Shown: piece by piece, positions 30,683-43,620 of the stretch
Numbering within the stretch: position 1 is the first letter of the stretch
How the letters are laid out: each line of letters starts with the position of its first letter
From: the human T2T-CHM13v2.0 reference genome, Homo sapiens
Assembly (NCBI RefSeq): GCF_009914755.1
Contig: NC_060929.1
Reading direction: 5' to 3' (one strand)
Length of the DNA: 64,000 bases
Made by a program: the position numbers and the translations under genes
The notes under the pieces: generated by a model
Told to the model about the DNA's origin: nothing
What the model saw: only the letters and a program-made list of their open reading frames with translations
The model's database searches: none

Positions 30683-31544
30683 AGAAGGCTTTGCTATGGC
30701 CAGGAGAAAGATAAAAATATCAATTAACTGTTGACATTGTTAAAAAAAAAAAAAACAAGTTAATTGTGTAATTAAACAATGGAAAAGTTACCACAAAAAA
30801 ATAGAAACATAATTTCTTGTCTCTCACTTATCAGAAGGAATGGAAGAAGATAGAAAATTTTATTAAAAGAGCAGAACACAGAGAAAAGTTGCTGTTTTAA
30901 AAAATTGTTAAAAATGAAAGAATTATACTTCTTGAATTTATTTAATTTTATAGTGTGAAATATGCAAAACAATAGTGTAAATTGTGCAATACTAATTGCA
31001 CAAGTTAGTAGATGTGCATCTTGGGACACACATCTCAAAATGGATAAAATCCCAGTTCTGGAGTGGGAGACTCCAGTAGTGAGTGGTGACTCACTAGTGA
31101 CTACGAGCAGTGACTGACCCTGGAAAGCAGGAAAGGGTATAGGATTAGATGTGGTTCACTGGGGGTCATAACTGAATCTATAATGTTTTACTTTAAAAAA
31201 GTATGAAGCAAATATGACAAAATGTTAAGATCTGATTAAGCTGGGTGGTAGGTATGAGCTTATGATATTATTGTCTGACATTGCTGCATATGAAATATTA
31301 CATAATTACAACATAATACAAAAAGTCTATTAAGGACACTTATATGGAGAAAGGAGAAGACATATGCAAGATACAAATAGGAAACCTAATACCTCTTGAT
31401 TGGAATTAGAAGAAACTTGCTACTTAATGATGCCCAGACTTTCTCCTTTGATGGGAAAATAATTCATATTAGGATTCCCATTAGAGTTTTGGGAGTGGGG
31501 TAAGGGTCAAGAGGAGAGAGCCCCAGATACTTTTTACCCCTTGA

Positions 31545-31931
<387 letters not shown>

Positions 31932-32179
31932 TGAGCTTATCTTTCTCATGACGCCTTCTCCTCTTGAGCCCTTCCCTAGCCCCTCAAGTGGAGTTAGTTG
32001 CCTTGTACTTCACATCCTCACAGTACTCTGTACATGCTCACCCCATAAAAGCATTCGATGCAGTGCATGCCTGTGATCCTCACTATATCTGAGCTCCTTG
32101 AAGACAGAGGCTGTGCTGAAGTTACACAGGTCAAGTTATTCATCAGGCGCAGATTACCCGTAAACGTAAGCAACCAATC

Positions 32180-32310
32180 TCAACTCTACAGATGAGGAAA
32201 TCGAGCCTCAGACACCTTAAGCAACTTGCTGAGGTCACACAGCTGGAAAGTGTTAAAGCCGAGGTGAAAACCCTGCATTTGTCTGATTCTAAAGCCATGC
32301 TACTCTGTGC
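32180..32310 (-). mobile_element. MIR
   Basis: ACAGATGAGGAAATCGAG...AACTTGCTGAGGTCACACAGC. Confidence 0.75.
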
Positions 32311-33388
32311 TGCCTCTGGGTCTTACTCACCACGAGGTCCCCAGGATCTGTTCCATAGCTAAGTGCATAGGAGGCCCTCATAAGTATTTGATGAATGGAT
32401 GAAAGCATAGATGAATGCGCAGGTCAGTGAGCATGCCCAGGAACCACTGCAGGCAGAAAGCACGTTATCTGGAAGGTATACCAGAAACAGCATGTTTATA
32501 ACTTGTGTGTGGAGAGCAGATAATATCAATTTGAACACTATTTCTACTTTCATTCTAATATGTTTACCAAAAAGGGCAACTGGGCTGGAAAACAGTACAC
32601 CCCCACATTTCATTGCTGATTAAAATGATTTAAAATGTACTATGAGCGACTTCAAATAAAGAGACAGGGCGAATGCCAGAAATAGCAGAAAATGGAATGA
32701 AGACATGGAGGTAAGATAAATAGGATCCGAAATATCTGGGTCTTATGAATGAGAAATCACAGAATAGAGCTGCTCACTTTAGTTTTGTGTGGCCAACAAA
32801 TTATAATAAGGCAAAGAATCCAGCATTCATGCATGGATTCTTAATGAAATGTATGTGGTATTCCAAGAGGTTCTTCCATCTGGAGATCTCAAAGTACTTA
32901 GCAGATTTTTTTTTTTTGCCTAATTGGAAAAGGGAGAGATTCTTTCACCTCTCATTGAACTGATGCCAATTATAGGATAAAATTAAAACAACCTCGAGCT
33001 GCCAGGTTCACCTGGGAGGCCAGGAGGATGCAGGAGTCAGTGATTGGGGCTGGGGCTAACATTAAGACAGGTGAGAAGAGTTTGTTGTCTCTAAAGTGAG
33101 GCACGAGCCATTTATTCATGTGATGCCCTCATTGTTCAGCATCACAGAGCACAAAGGTCTCAACCTTGGGCAGTGGTGAGGCCAGAGTGTGAGCACTGGT
33201 TCTGGTACCTTCTTCCTATCCAACCACAGATGTGGAAATGACTTCCCTACTTTGAGTCATTTCCTCATCTGTAAAACTGGGATGACAACAGCATTAAATC
33301 TGATGCTATTGGTCCTCATTTTATAGATGAAAAAATTAATCTCAGCAAAGTTAAGTGATCTGCCTAAGGTAACAAGAAGTGATGGTGT

Positions 33389-33802
<414 letters not shown>

Positions 33803-33925
33803 TCATTACCCAGATGGCAGAGAGGAGATGCTGTGAGACAGATGGAAGGAGATGGCCATGGCAATGCAGCTTGTTATCTAGCAAACAAACCAGGGGTAAC
33901 CTATTTGCATATTTAAAAAATGATG

Positions 33926-34204
33926 GGCCGGGCGCGGTGGCTCACGCCTGTAATCCCAGCACTTTGGGAGGCCGAGGCGGGCGGATCAAGAGGTCAGGAC
34001 ATCCAGACCATCCTGGCTAACACTGTGAAATCCCGTTTCTACTAAAAATACAAAAATTAGCCGGGCGTGGTGGCGGGCGCCTGTAGTCCCAGCTACTCTG
34101 GAGGCTGAGGCAGGAGAATGGCGCGAACCCTGGAGGCGGAGCTTGCTGTGAGCAGAGATGGAACCACTGCACTCCAGCCTGGGCGATAGAGCAAGACTCC
34201 GTCT

Positions 34205-34246
<42 letters not shown>
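33926..34246 (+). mobile_element. AluY-like with long pure A tail
   Basis: CpG-rich; ~40 uninterrupted A. Confidence 0.92.
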
Positions 34247-34248
<2 letters not shown>

Positions 34249-34620
34249 TGAACATGCCAATAATAAACGATTTTGGCTCGAAGGTGACACGCTCAGCTCT
34301 TACACTTAGTACCCCTTGGGGTACTAATGGATGCCATATACAAAAATCCTTAAGTCAACACTCAAATTATTGTCGTAGGTTAATCATGAGTAATTTAGAG
34401 GATGACAATTTCCTAAACTCCACTTACTTTTTTTAAAGGAACATGTTCCCATGTTAATAAGTGCATTCCAGCAAGATGTGATAACTATGAGGATTAAAGG
34501 CCCTTGGTGCAGACTGGGTGGTGGAGATTGGAGCAGCAAGAAGGACTCTTTCAAAGCCCTTGATCCCCCGACACCACTCTTGCTAGGTGGCTCATCTCTT
34601 CCCTTGCAGAGCACACACGT

Positions 34621-34639
34621 TAGCCACTAGGTGGCGGAG
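34621..34639 (+). promoter_or_regulatory. CTCF motif
   Basis: TAGCCACTAGGTGGCGGAG. Confidence 0.6.
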
Positions 34640-34844
34640 TTGTAAAGCCAAAGACCCAACTGCAGACCAACAGAGGCACAAGAATCTCCCTGGTTAGACC
34701 CAGAGAGACTGCAGTCAAGCTCGCTTTCTGATGAGTTTAAAGTTTGAAGGCAAGAGAGACTTTTCTCTTTAAAACCATTTCCCCATATTACAACTAGTGC
34801 TTCATCCTTCAGTAAAAGTCTGGCATTTTCACTGTCCACCCTTC

Positions 34845-35420
34845 CACCTGTCCACGCACCCACCCATCCATCCATCCACCCATCCATCCATCCATCCATC
34901 CATCCATCCATCCATCCATTTTTTCCATCCACTCATCCACCAAATATTTGTGAACATCCACTAGGTACTGAGCACTATGCTAGGCATTAGGGATACAGCA
35001 GTGAACTGACAGACCCAAACTTCTCTCTCATGGAAGAGCTTACATCCTAATGGGGGGAGAAGGACATTAAACTGTAATCAGACACCTAAACGGACAATTG
35101 AAACCTAGGAGACAGGTTGTGAAGAGACGGCATCAAGGCCTTTGAGAGTGTGCCACATTCAGGGACCTGATGTTTCTGGTGAATGTATAACTAGGTGAGG
35201 TGGGTTGGGGGGTTGGGGGGGTGGGTGTCTAAACTGAGAATATACAAAGGCCCCAAAGACGAAAGGGGCCTGGTGAGCTCAAAGTAGGCCTGGCAGGTTG
35301 GGAGAGAGCAGTGGGAGAGGAGGCTAGAAACCCAGGCAGGGACTGGGTCATGTGAGGTCTTACAGGGCACAGAATGGAATTTGAGTTTGATTTTATGTTC
35401 AGTGGAAAACCTGGGGGTCT
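34845..35420 (-). mobile_element. L2 3' end with (TCCA)n tail
   Basis: (CCAT)n then CAAATATTTGTGAACATCCACTAGG...GCTAGGCATTAGGGATACAGCAGTGAAC. Confidence 0.7.
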
Positions 35421-36431
35421 CCATCATCTGAACGTGCCCCTGCCCCAGCCTCATCCCCTGCATAAATTCCACACTGTGCTCTAAGGACCTCATCCTTTAC
35501 AAGTTCTTCCTACTCCCCAGAGGGATGGGTAGGACACATCTCCAAACCTCACACTGAGATGGGGCTGTTGATCACTGACAGGATCTTGCTCACAAGGGTA
35601 GGAGGACCCTTGGAGTTTTTGGAAGCACAGCAGGGAAAAACCTCAGGCCCTGGAATCAACTTCAGCCTTTGGATGATGGGAAGGTGAGGAGACAGGGGCA
35701 ACCATCAGCAGCGAGCTTAAGAAAAAGGAGGCTCAATACTCTTTTCCCCTCTACACTTGGAGAACCCACTCTTTCCCCCCAAATGCTATGCACAATGATT
35801 TTCTAAAATTCAACAGTCATTTTTTGAGCACCTGCCATAATGTGTGTCCAAGGTCAATGATGTGTTTAAGAAGCCACACTTAAGAAACTCTGAGGAGTGT
35901 GCATGGGTGAGGGGGCAGACAGATACCAGTGCTCTGAGTTAAGAATTATAACCAGGGCTTGTGGAAAGTGCTATGAGAAGCCACGGAAATGTGACCTTAC
36001 TTAGTCTAAAGGAAGTGGTTCCCCAAGAAAGTGATTTTTCAGGTGGGTCTTAAGGGATGAATACTTGTTATCTGGGGAGACAAGATTCTCAGTTAATGAC
36101 ATGCCTGAGAAACAGTCAGCAGCTGGTTGGTGGAGAGAGAAACAGACTGAATCTTGGAGGACCAGGCTTAATGTGGATTTCGTATTGTAGAAGGTGAGGA
36201 GCCCTAGAAAGAGAAAATGTGCTCATTTTTTCCCGAAGGTTGATACAGTTCTGCCGTGAGTCAAAAGTAGTGGATACTAAGAATCTGAAGTACTGGGCTA
36301 CTGTATAGCACTTAAAATAATCCAACTAGAGCAACATTAAAGGTAAAAAGCAAACAGTGCAAGGAAGTATACAGCATGCCATTTATTTGAAGTTTAAACA
36401 CACACAAGAGAATACAGCATGTTGTTTATAG

Positions 36432-36753
<322 letters not shown>

Positions 36754-37299
36754 GCATGTGTATATTTTAAAAGGACAGAATCAAGCCTGGGAATGCAATG
36801 CACCAATTTCTGGACGGGGTTCTCTTCTGGGGAAGGAGGGTAGGCATGAGATCAGGGAGGATGCCCAAGATGGCTCAGCTGTTTCTGTAACGTGTTGTTG
36901 TTTTTAACATAAACAGCAAAAAGATCTGAAGCAAACACGAGTAAGTGTTAAGATGTGCTCAAACCAGGTGGTAAGTGCCTGGGTGTACATTATCTGATTT
37001 TTGTCTTTGTAATTTTCTCTCTGTTAAAAAATTTGTGATAACAATATTTTTTTTAAAAAAAGAATCATAAGTACCATATTTTCTCTCCTACGTCACCATT
37101 CCCCATTGAGTGAACATGTTTTAGTGCCTATGTGTTTAACAGTGTATACATTTAATAGAGACCTCATCCAAAAATGCTCTCCGTAAAGAATGCTGGAACA
37201 ATTAATTTGACAGTTTTAAAAGTAGTTTAAAGATGCCCAAGATAAAGGTTTTTCCCAAGCTCTGGTATTTGCTCCCCACTTTTTCCTTTGGTTAGAGAC

Positions 37300-37313
37300 G
37301 TTGCCATGGTAAC
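37300..37313. promoter_or_regulatory. RFX X-box
   Basis: GTTGCCATGGTAAC, one mismatch from palindromic GTTGCCATGGCAAC. Confidence 0.55.
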
Positions 37314-38079
37314 AGACAGGGTCCTCAAAGCTCAGAGTCACACTTTGTGATGTGAATCTGGGACTGAAACTGTTTCCTTTCAAAGATGGATGGAAAAAGA
37401 GGAAGATTTCACAGACATAAAAGCCTCGATGTAAGTCGTGAAAATAATTACCATAGTCATGATGGCTTCCACCTGCTGCACGCTCGCTGTATGTCAGGAT
37501 GAACAGTAACTCACTAAATCTTTCCATCAGCCACAGCTATTCCCATTTTATACATGAGAAATTGAGCCCCATAGAGGCTAAGGGATCTGTCTAAGGTCAT
37601 GTTAGAGGTAACTGGTGGAGGCAAGATTGAGCCGACTCCACCTGACTCCAGAGTAGCGACGTCCTCCACCTCTTGCTTGGCTTGCAAGACCTTTGTTATT
37701 AGAAGAAGCGCCTCTGAGGGATGTGTCCCCATGACCACGTCTGACAGTATGATGGGCACACCAGGAGTCCAGACAGATTCAACAGTTCAGCTTTGCTCAG
37801 GAGAAGGTATTGAATGACCTGACCCAAACATCTGAGCCAAAGATGCAAAAGGAATTTGGTTCTGAAATTTCCAGAGAAGCAAGAAATTCATCCTTAAAAC
37901 TCAAATGTAAAATTTGGCAGCAAATTCAATTTTTTAAAAATACACTTTGTAAGCCAAAGAAAACACGTCTGGAGGCTGTATCAGCTGCCCATTGGCAACC
38001 TCAGATATTGGTGATCAGCATTCGGAGGGATGAGCTCCCTCAGAATAATTTTAAGCAGAAAAATCCACTATCTGTTAAC

Positions 38080-38430
38080 TGTCAACCTCCCCCAAAAAAT
38101 CACTGGAAAAAAAAATCCTGTTGATCCAGCAAAGTTAAGTTTGTTGGACTTACTGCAGTAAAGAAGAACACCATTGTGGCAGAATCTTGGTAGAATCTCA
38201 AAATGGGGAAAGGAAGGGAGGATATTTATAGTTTGAGGGTCTAAGCTGGGCGTTTTAAAGGTGTGTCTCACAAGCAGAGCCTTGGATAAAGCTAGGTAAA
38301 GTTGATTACCCAAAAGCTTTCACTTGTGGGCACAGTGAGGGCCATAAAGTGAGGCTTGCTGAGTGAGCTGCTGGTCTTGATAAGTAAGCTATTTTAGTGG
38401 CTTTCCAGTCTTATCTTCTACAAGCAGGTA
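38080..38430 (-). mobile_element. Ancient ERV1-type LTR (MER90/MER110-like)
   Basis: TGTCAACCTCCCC...CAGCAAAGTTAAGTTTGTTGGACTTACTGCAG. Confidence 0.45.
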
Positions 38431-38444
38431 TCTATTTCTTTGCT

Positions 38445-38695
38445 TTTTTTTCTTCTTTTTATTGTGGTCAAAATATACATAATATAGAATTTACCATTTT
38501 AATCATTCTTAAGTGTACAGTTCAGTGGCATTAAGTACATTCACATTGTTATACAACCATAACCACCACCCAGTTCCAGAACTTATCTTCCAAAACTGAA
38601 ACTGTGCCCATTAAGCAACAATGCCCCATTTCTCCCTTCCCTACCCCCTGGCAACAACCACTCTCCTTTCTGCCTCTATGAGTGTATTCTAGGTT
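38445..38695 (-). mobile_element. L1MB 3' end
   Basis: AAGTGTACAGTTCAGTGGCATTAAGTACATTCACATTG. Confidence 0.85.
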
Positions 38696-39664
38696 AGCTG
38701 ATATCGGTGGACAAACATAATCCTCTATCTCCACAGCAAGCAATTCTGGGACTGGGTTTATTTTCTTGATGCCATGTTAAACAATGTGTTGATACCCTTT
38801 TTAGATCAGACCATGTTTCAGGAAGGTCCCTCTGGCTGCAGTGTGTGGATGCTGGTCTCTGGAACAGTTCTCCCACTGCAAGCCATTTTTAAAGGATCCA
38901 GTGATCCCCTTCCCATCCACAGTTCAAGCAAAACTGTGCCATTTCTAAATACCTAAAGGCCATCAAAAAGCAATAGTAGGAACTAGATGTGGCTTACTTT
39001 GCTGGAAGGCCTGCGAGTAGGTGCCAGGTCGTTAGGACCTTTGGAAACAGGCTGCTTGACATCACTCTCAGGCCCCGATAGAAACTGACAGCCACAATTG
39101 GGTGAGCAACAATGCAAAACTGCCATATGGAAGCTCTTTTAGATGGTTTCTGTTGGAAACTCAGGTTTCCTTGGCCCACAGCCTTTTCTAGTCATTTGCA
39201 GTCATTCTGAGCTCTCTGGAGCACATCTGGGGCCCGAAAGCAGAACATTTTTGGCTAAGAAGCATCTTCAAATGTTAATGTCTGATTGAAATCATCTCTG
39301 AAGTGAATGGGTTTAACCTTTATTTTTACCAAGACTCATGTATGGGTCTGGCTGCCACAACCTTTTTTTCCTGTCTGGAAGCACCTACTGAACTTCTGTC
39401 CCAACAAATACTTCTCTGGCTCCTATTTTCTACACATCACTGGTGCCCGCATAACAAGCAAAGGTGAGTCTGCCAGTGGGTAGCCTACAATTTAGCTGGG
39501 CAGACAGGACAAGCACTCCGGCAATAAAAGGCAATGCAGTATGGGTGATAAGCTATTTACGCTCATGTCAATGATGCTCTCTAAAATCACTCTCTGCTCC
39601 CACGCAATGGTTGCCTTTTTATCCAGTGGCTTATAAGAGAGGATATGTGAGAATATCTAGAGAA

Positions 39665-39950
39665 TTTTTTTTCTTTTTTCTGTAGAGACAGGGTCTCCCT
39701 ATGTTACCCAGGCTGGTCTTGAACTCCTGGTCTCCCATATCCGCCTCCCAAAGTGCTGGGATTATGGGTGTGAGCCACCTGGCCAGCCCCAGAGATACTT
39801 TCGATTGTCACAACTTTGTGAGGTGGTGCTTTGGGCTTCCAGTGGGTAGAGGCCAGAGAAGCTACAAAGCATCCTGCAATGCACAGGACAGCCCCCACAA
39901 TGCAGCATTATCTGACCCCAAATGGCTATAGTGCCAATGTTGTGAAACCC
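39665..39950. mobile_element. Alu monomer (-, 39665-39787) adjoining MER20
   Basis: TTGTCACAAC...GTGGGTAGAGGCCAG...AATGCACAGGACAGCCCCCACAA. Confidence 0.8.
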
Positions 39951-40239
39951 TTTTTGAGCCCTTTTCCTATTCATATATATCCAGATGTGATCAAAATTGT
40001 TAACATCTCCTGAGAGCTTTCTATATCCTCGGTACTGGAATCATTGAATCTTCACCACAACCTTCTAAGGTTGCTACTACTATCATCGATCATAATTTAC
40101 ATGTAAAGAAACTTTAAATAAATTGCCCAAATTCACGCAGCTAGAAAATGGTGGAGCTGGGGTTTGCACGGAGAACCCAGTCCATCTGTGTCGTTGGAGC
40201 TTTGCTGCAGGGAAGAGAAGATCGGGGCCACCTATGTCA

Positions 40240-40640
40240 GCATGACTCTGGTTGTTCTTCTAAACAACTTTCCCCTCGGATGAGACTGTAAACCAATGAG
40301 TAACTTTATTATTTCATCAGGACATTTCTGTGGATCGATTTATTGAAGACATTAAAGTGTTTGCCAAACAACAGTCTACCCATCAAGCCTCACTTCACCA
40401 CTCCTGCCTTCCTGTGCCCACCAGTCCTGAATGATTGGATTACAAACTGCCCAATCCAAGTCAATCTTATCTTGGAAAAATGCCTTAGATCATTTGAGCC
40501 CAGACCCTATAGGGTCCTGTAACTATGCTGCTTCTGACTCTGGGCTCTGAGACATGACTAAGACTCTGTCAAGACAGATTCTCCTTTACTGCATAGGGTT
40601 CTAATAAATGTAACTTTGCTTTATAAATGGGTTGTCCAGT
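40240..40640 (+). mobile_element. Ancient ERV1-type LTR (MER90/MER110-like)
   Basis: TTTACTGCA...AATAAATGTAACTTTGC...TTTGGGGAGCTCAACA end. Confidence 0.45.
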
Positions 40641-40945
40641 GATATTTGGGGAGCTCAACAGCACCAAGCTGTCTAAACCCAAGGCCCTCTGCTTTTTGCC
40701 ATTTGCTATACTGTTTGCTAGTACAGTTTTTATTTTAGCTCAAATCAGATAATACTATACATATTATCCCATGATTTGCTTTTAAAAATGTTTAATGGAT
40801 TTTAGGAACCTTTAATTGTCAGTTAATACCAACCACCTCACCTGCCCCCTTCCTCTTCCCCCCATGGCTACATAATATTTAACGGAATTGACATATACAT
40901 CTTAATTGATTTTTCCGGTTCCTTGTAGATAGAAATGTAGGTTGT

Positions 40946-41340
<395 letters not shown>

Positions 41341-41608
41341 AGAAGTGTAGGTTGTTTTCATTTTTCTTAATTACAAATAATATCACAATGTAACCCAATG
41401 TTGTATTCACATTTAAGTATTTTTTTGTCCAAAACCCAAGTATTTAATTTTTTAAGATTGACAAATAAAAATTGTTTGTATTTATCATGTACAGTATTTA
41501 TGTTTTGAAATATGTATACATAATGGAATAGCTAAATAAAGCTAATTAACATGTACATTACCTCACATACTTACATTTTATTTTTTGCAGTGAGGACACT
41601 TAAAATCT

Positions 41609-42250
41609 CCATGTGACCCAGCAATCCCATTACTGGGTATATACCCAAAGGATTGTAAATCATTCTACTATAAAAACACATGCACACGTATGTTTGTTGC
41701 AGTGCTGTTCACAGTGGCAAAGACTTGGAACCAACCCAAATGTCCATCAGTGATAGACTGGAAAAAGAAAATGTGGTACATATACACCATGGAATACTAT
41801 GCAGCCATAAAAAAGAATGAGATCATGTCCATCAATGATAGACTGGAAAAAGAAAATGTGGTACATATACACCATGGAATACTGTGTAGCCATAAAAAAG
41901 AATGAGTTCATGTTCTCTATGGGGACATGGATGAAGCTGGAAACCATCATTCTCAGCAAACTAACACAGGAACAGAAAACCAAACACATGTTCTCCCTCA
42001 TAAGTGGGAGCTGAACAATGAGAACGCATGGACACAGAGAGGGGAACATCACATACTGGGGCCTGTAGTGGGGCGGGGGCTGGTGGGGGTAGCACTGGGA
42101 GAAATACCTAATGCAGTTGACAGATTGACAGGTGCAGCAAACCACCATGGCACACGTATACCTATGTAACAAACCTGCACGTTCTGCACATGTATCCCTG
42201 AACTTAAAGTATAATTTAAAAAAAGAAGAAAAAAATAAAATTTAAAAAAT
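41609..42250 (+). mobile_element. 5'-truncated L1PA7/8-like element with an internal 85-bp tandem duplication
   Basis: GACCCAGCAATCCCATTACTGGG...GAACTTAAAGTATAAT plus A-rich tail. Confidence 0.9.
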
Positions 42251-42383
42251 GCTCTTTTAACAGGAAAATGGCTTTGTTTTTAAAACTAAAGGGATGTTTC
42301 GTGCTGTTTAACTAAAAGAAAGCAATTAAAATAGGAACACACAAATAAAAATTAACATAGTAAGTAGAGGTATTTGAATGTAC

Positions 42384-42534
42384 CTGGACCATGGCTATTT
42401 CACTGGTGACGAGACCATAATGCATAACAATATTACATTCTTTAATATCCAGACCTTCTTCTGCCACTGTGGTAGCCATAAGCAGATTTATTTTTCCCAG
42501 TACGAAATTTACTAATGACTTCTTTGTGTTAATT
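42384..42534 (-). pseudogene. IFIH1: IFIH1 (MDA5) helicase exon copy with intron flanks
   Basis: TTTCTACAG acceptor and GTACAT donor. Reads [12 protein letters not shown](+1)[37 protein letters not shown] versus MDA5 [50 protein letters not shown]. Confidence 0.9.
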
Positions 42535-43434
42535 CTGTAGAAACATTTTAATAAATTTTGTGATACTAAACACATTAAAATCTTCTAATAAAAAATAAAA
42601 TCTACTCAGCAGTTTTCAAGAATACAATACATTGCATTGTATTATGTTGTAGTTCAATATAGCTACTATAGTAAACTATGTATATGCATCTATATTCAAT
42701 AGATCTCTTGAATGTATTCCTCCTGCCTAACTGACATTTTGTATTCTTTGACTAACATCTCTCCAATCTCCACCATGCCTCCACCACTAGCCCCTGGTAA
42801 ACACCATTCTATCCTCCGCTTCTATGAGTTCAACTGTTTTAAATTCCACAAATAAGTGAGATCGTGTAGTATTTGTCTTTCTGTGTCTGGCTTATTTCAC
42901 TTAATGTAACGTCCTCCAGGTTCATCCTTGTGGCTGCAAATGACAGGATTTATTTCTTTTTAAAGGCTGAATAATATTCCATTGTGTGTATGTACCACAA
43001 TTTCTTCATCCATTTATCTGTTGATGGACACAGGTTGATTCCATATCTTGGCTATTGTGAACAGTGCTACAATGAACATGAGAGTACAGACATCTCTTCA
43101 AGATACGAATTCCATGTCCTTTAGATATATAACTAGTCGGTGGCGGGGAGGGGTCCTAGATCATATGGTAGTTCTATTTTTAATTTTTTGAAGAACCTCC
43201 ACACTATTTTCCATAATGGGGGTACTAATTTACATTCCCACCAATAGCGTACAAGGGTTTCCTTTCTCCTACATCCTCACCAGGATGTTACCTTTCATCT
43301 CTTTTATGATAATCATTGTAACAGATATGAAGTGATATATGATTGTGGTTTTAATTTGCATTTCCCTGATGATTAGAGAATTGGCTTTTTTTTTCATATG
43401 CCAGTTGGAAATTTGTAAATCTTCTTCTGAGTAA

Positions 43435-43620
<186 letters not shown>

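Noticed and set aside
33135-33155. REST/RE1-like TTCAGCATCACAGAGCAC
   Set aside because: Right half-site too degenerate
42312-42575. 87-aa ORF as an intact helicase gene
   Set aside because: Single exon with a stop and frameshift; no other IFIH1 exons in the window
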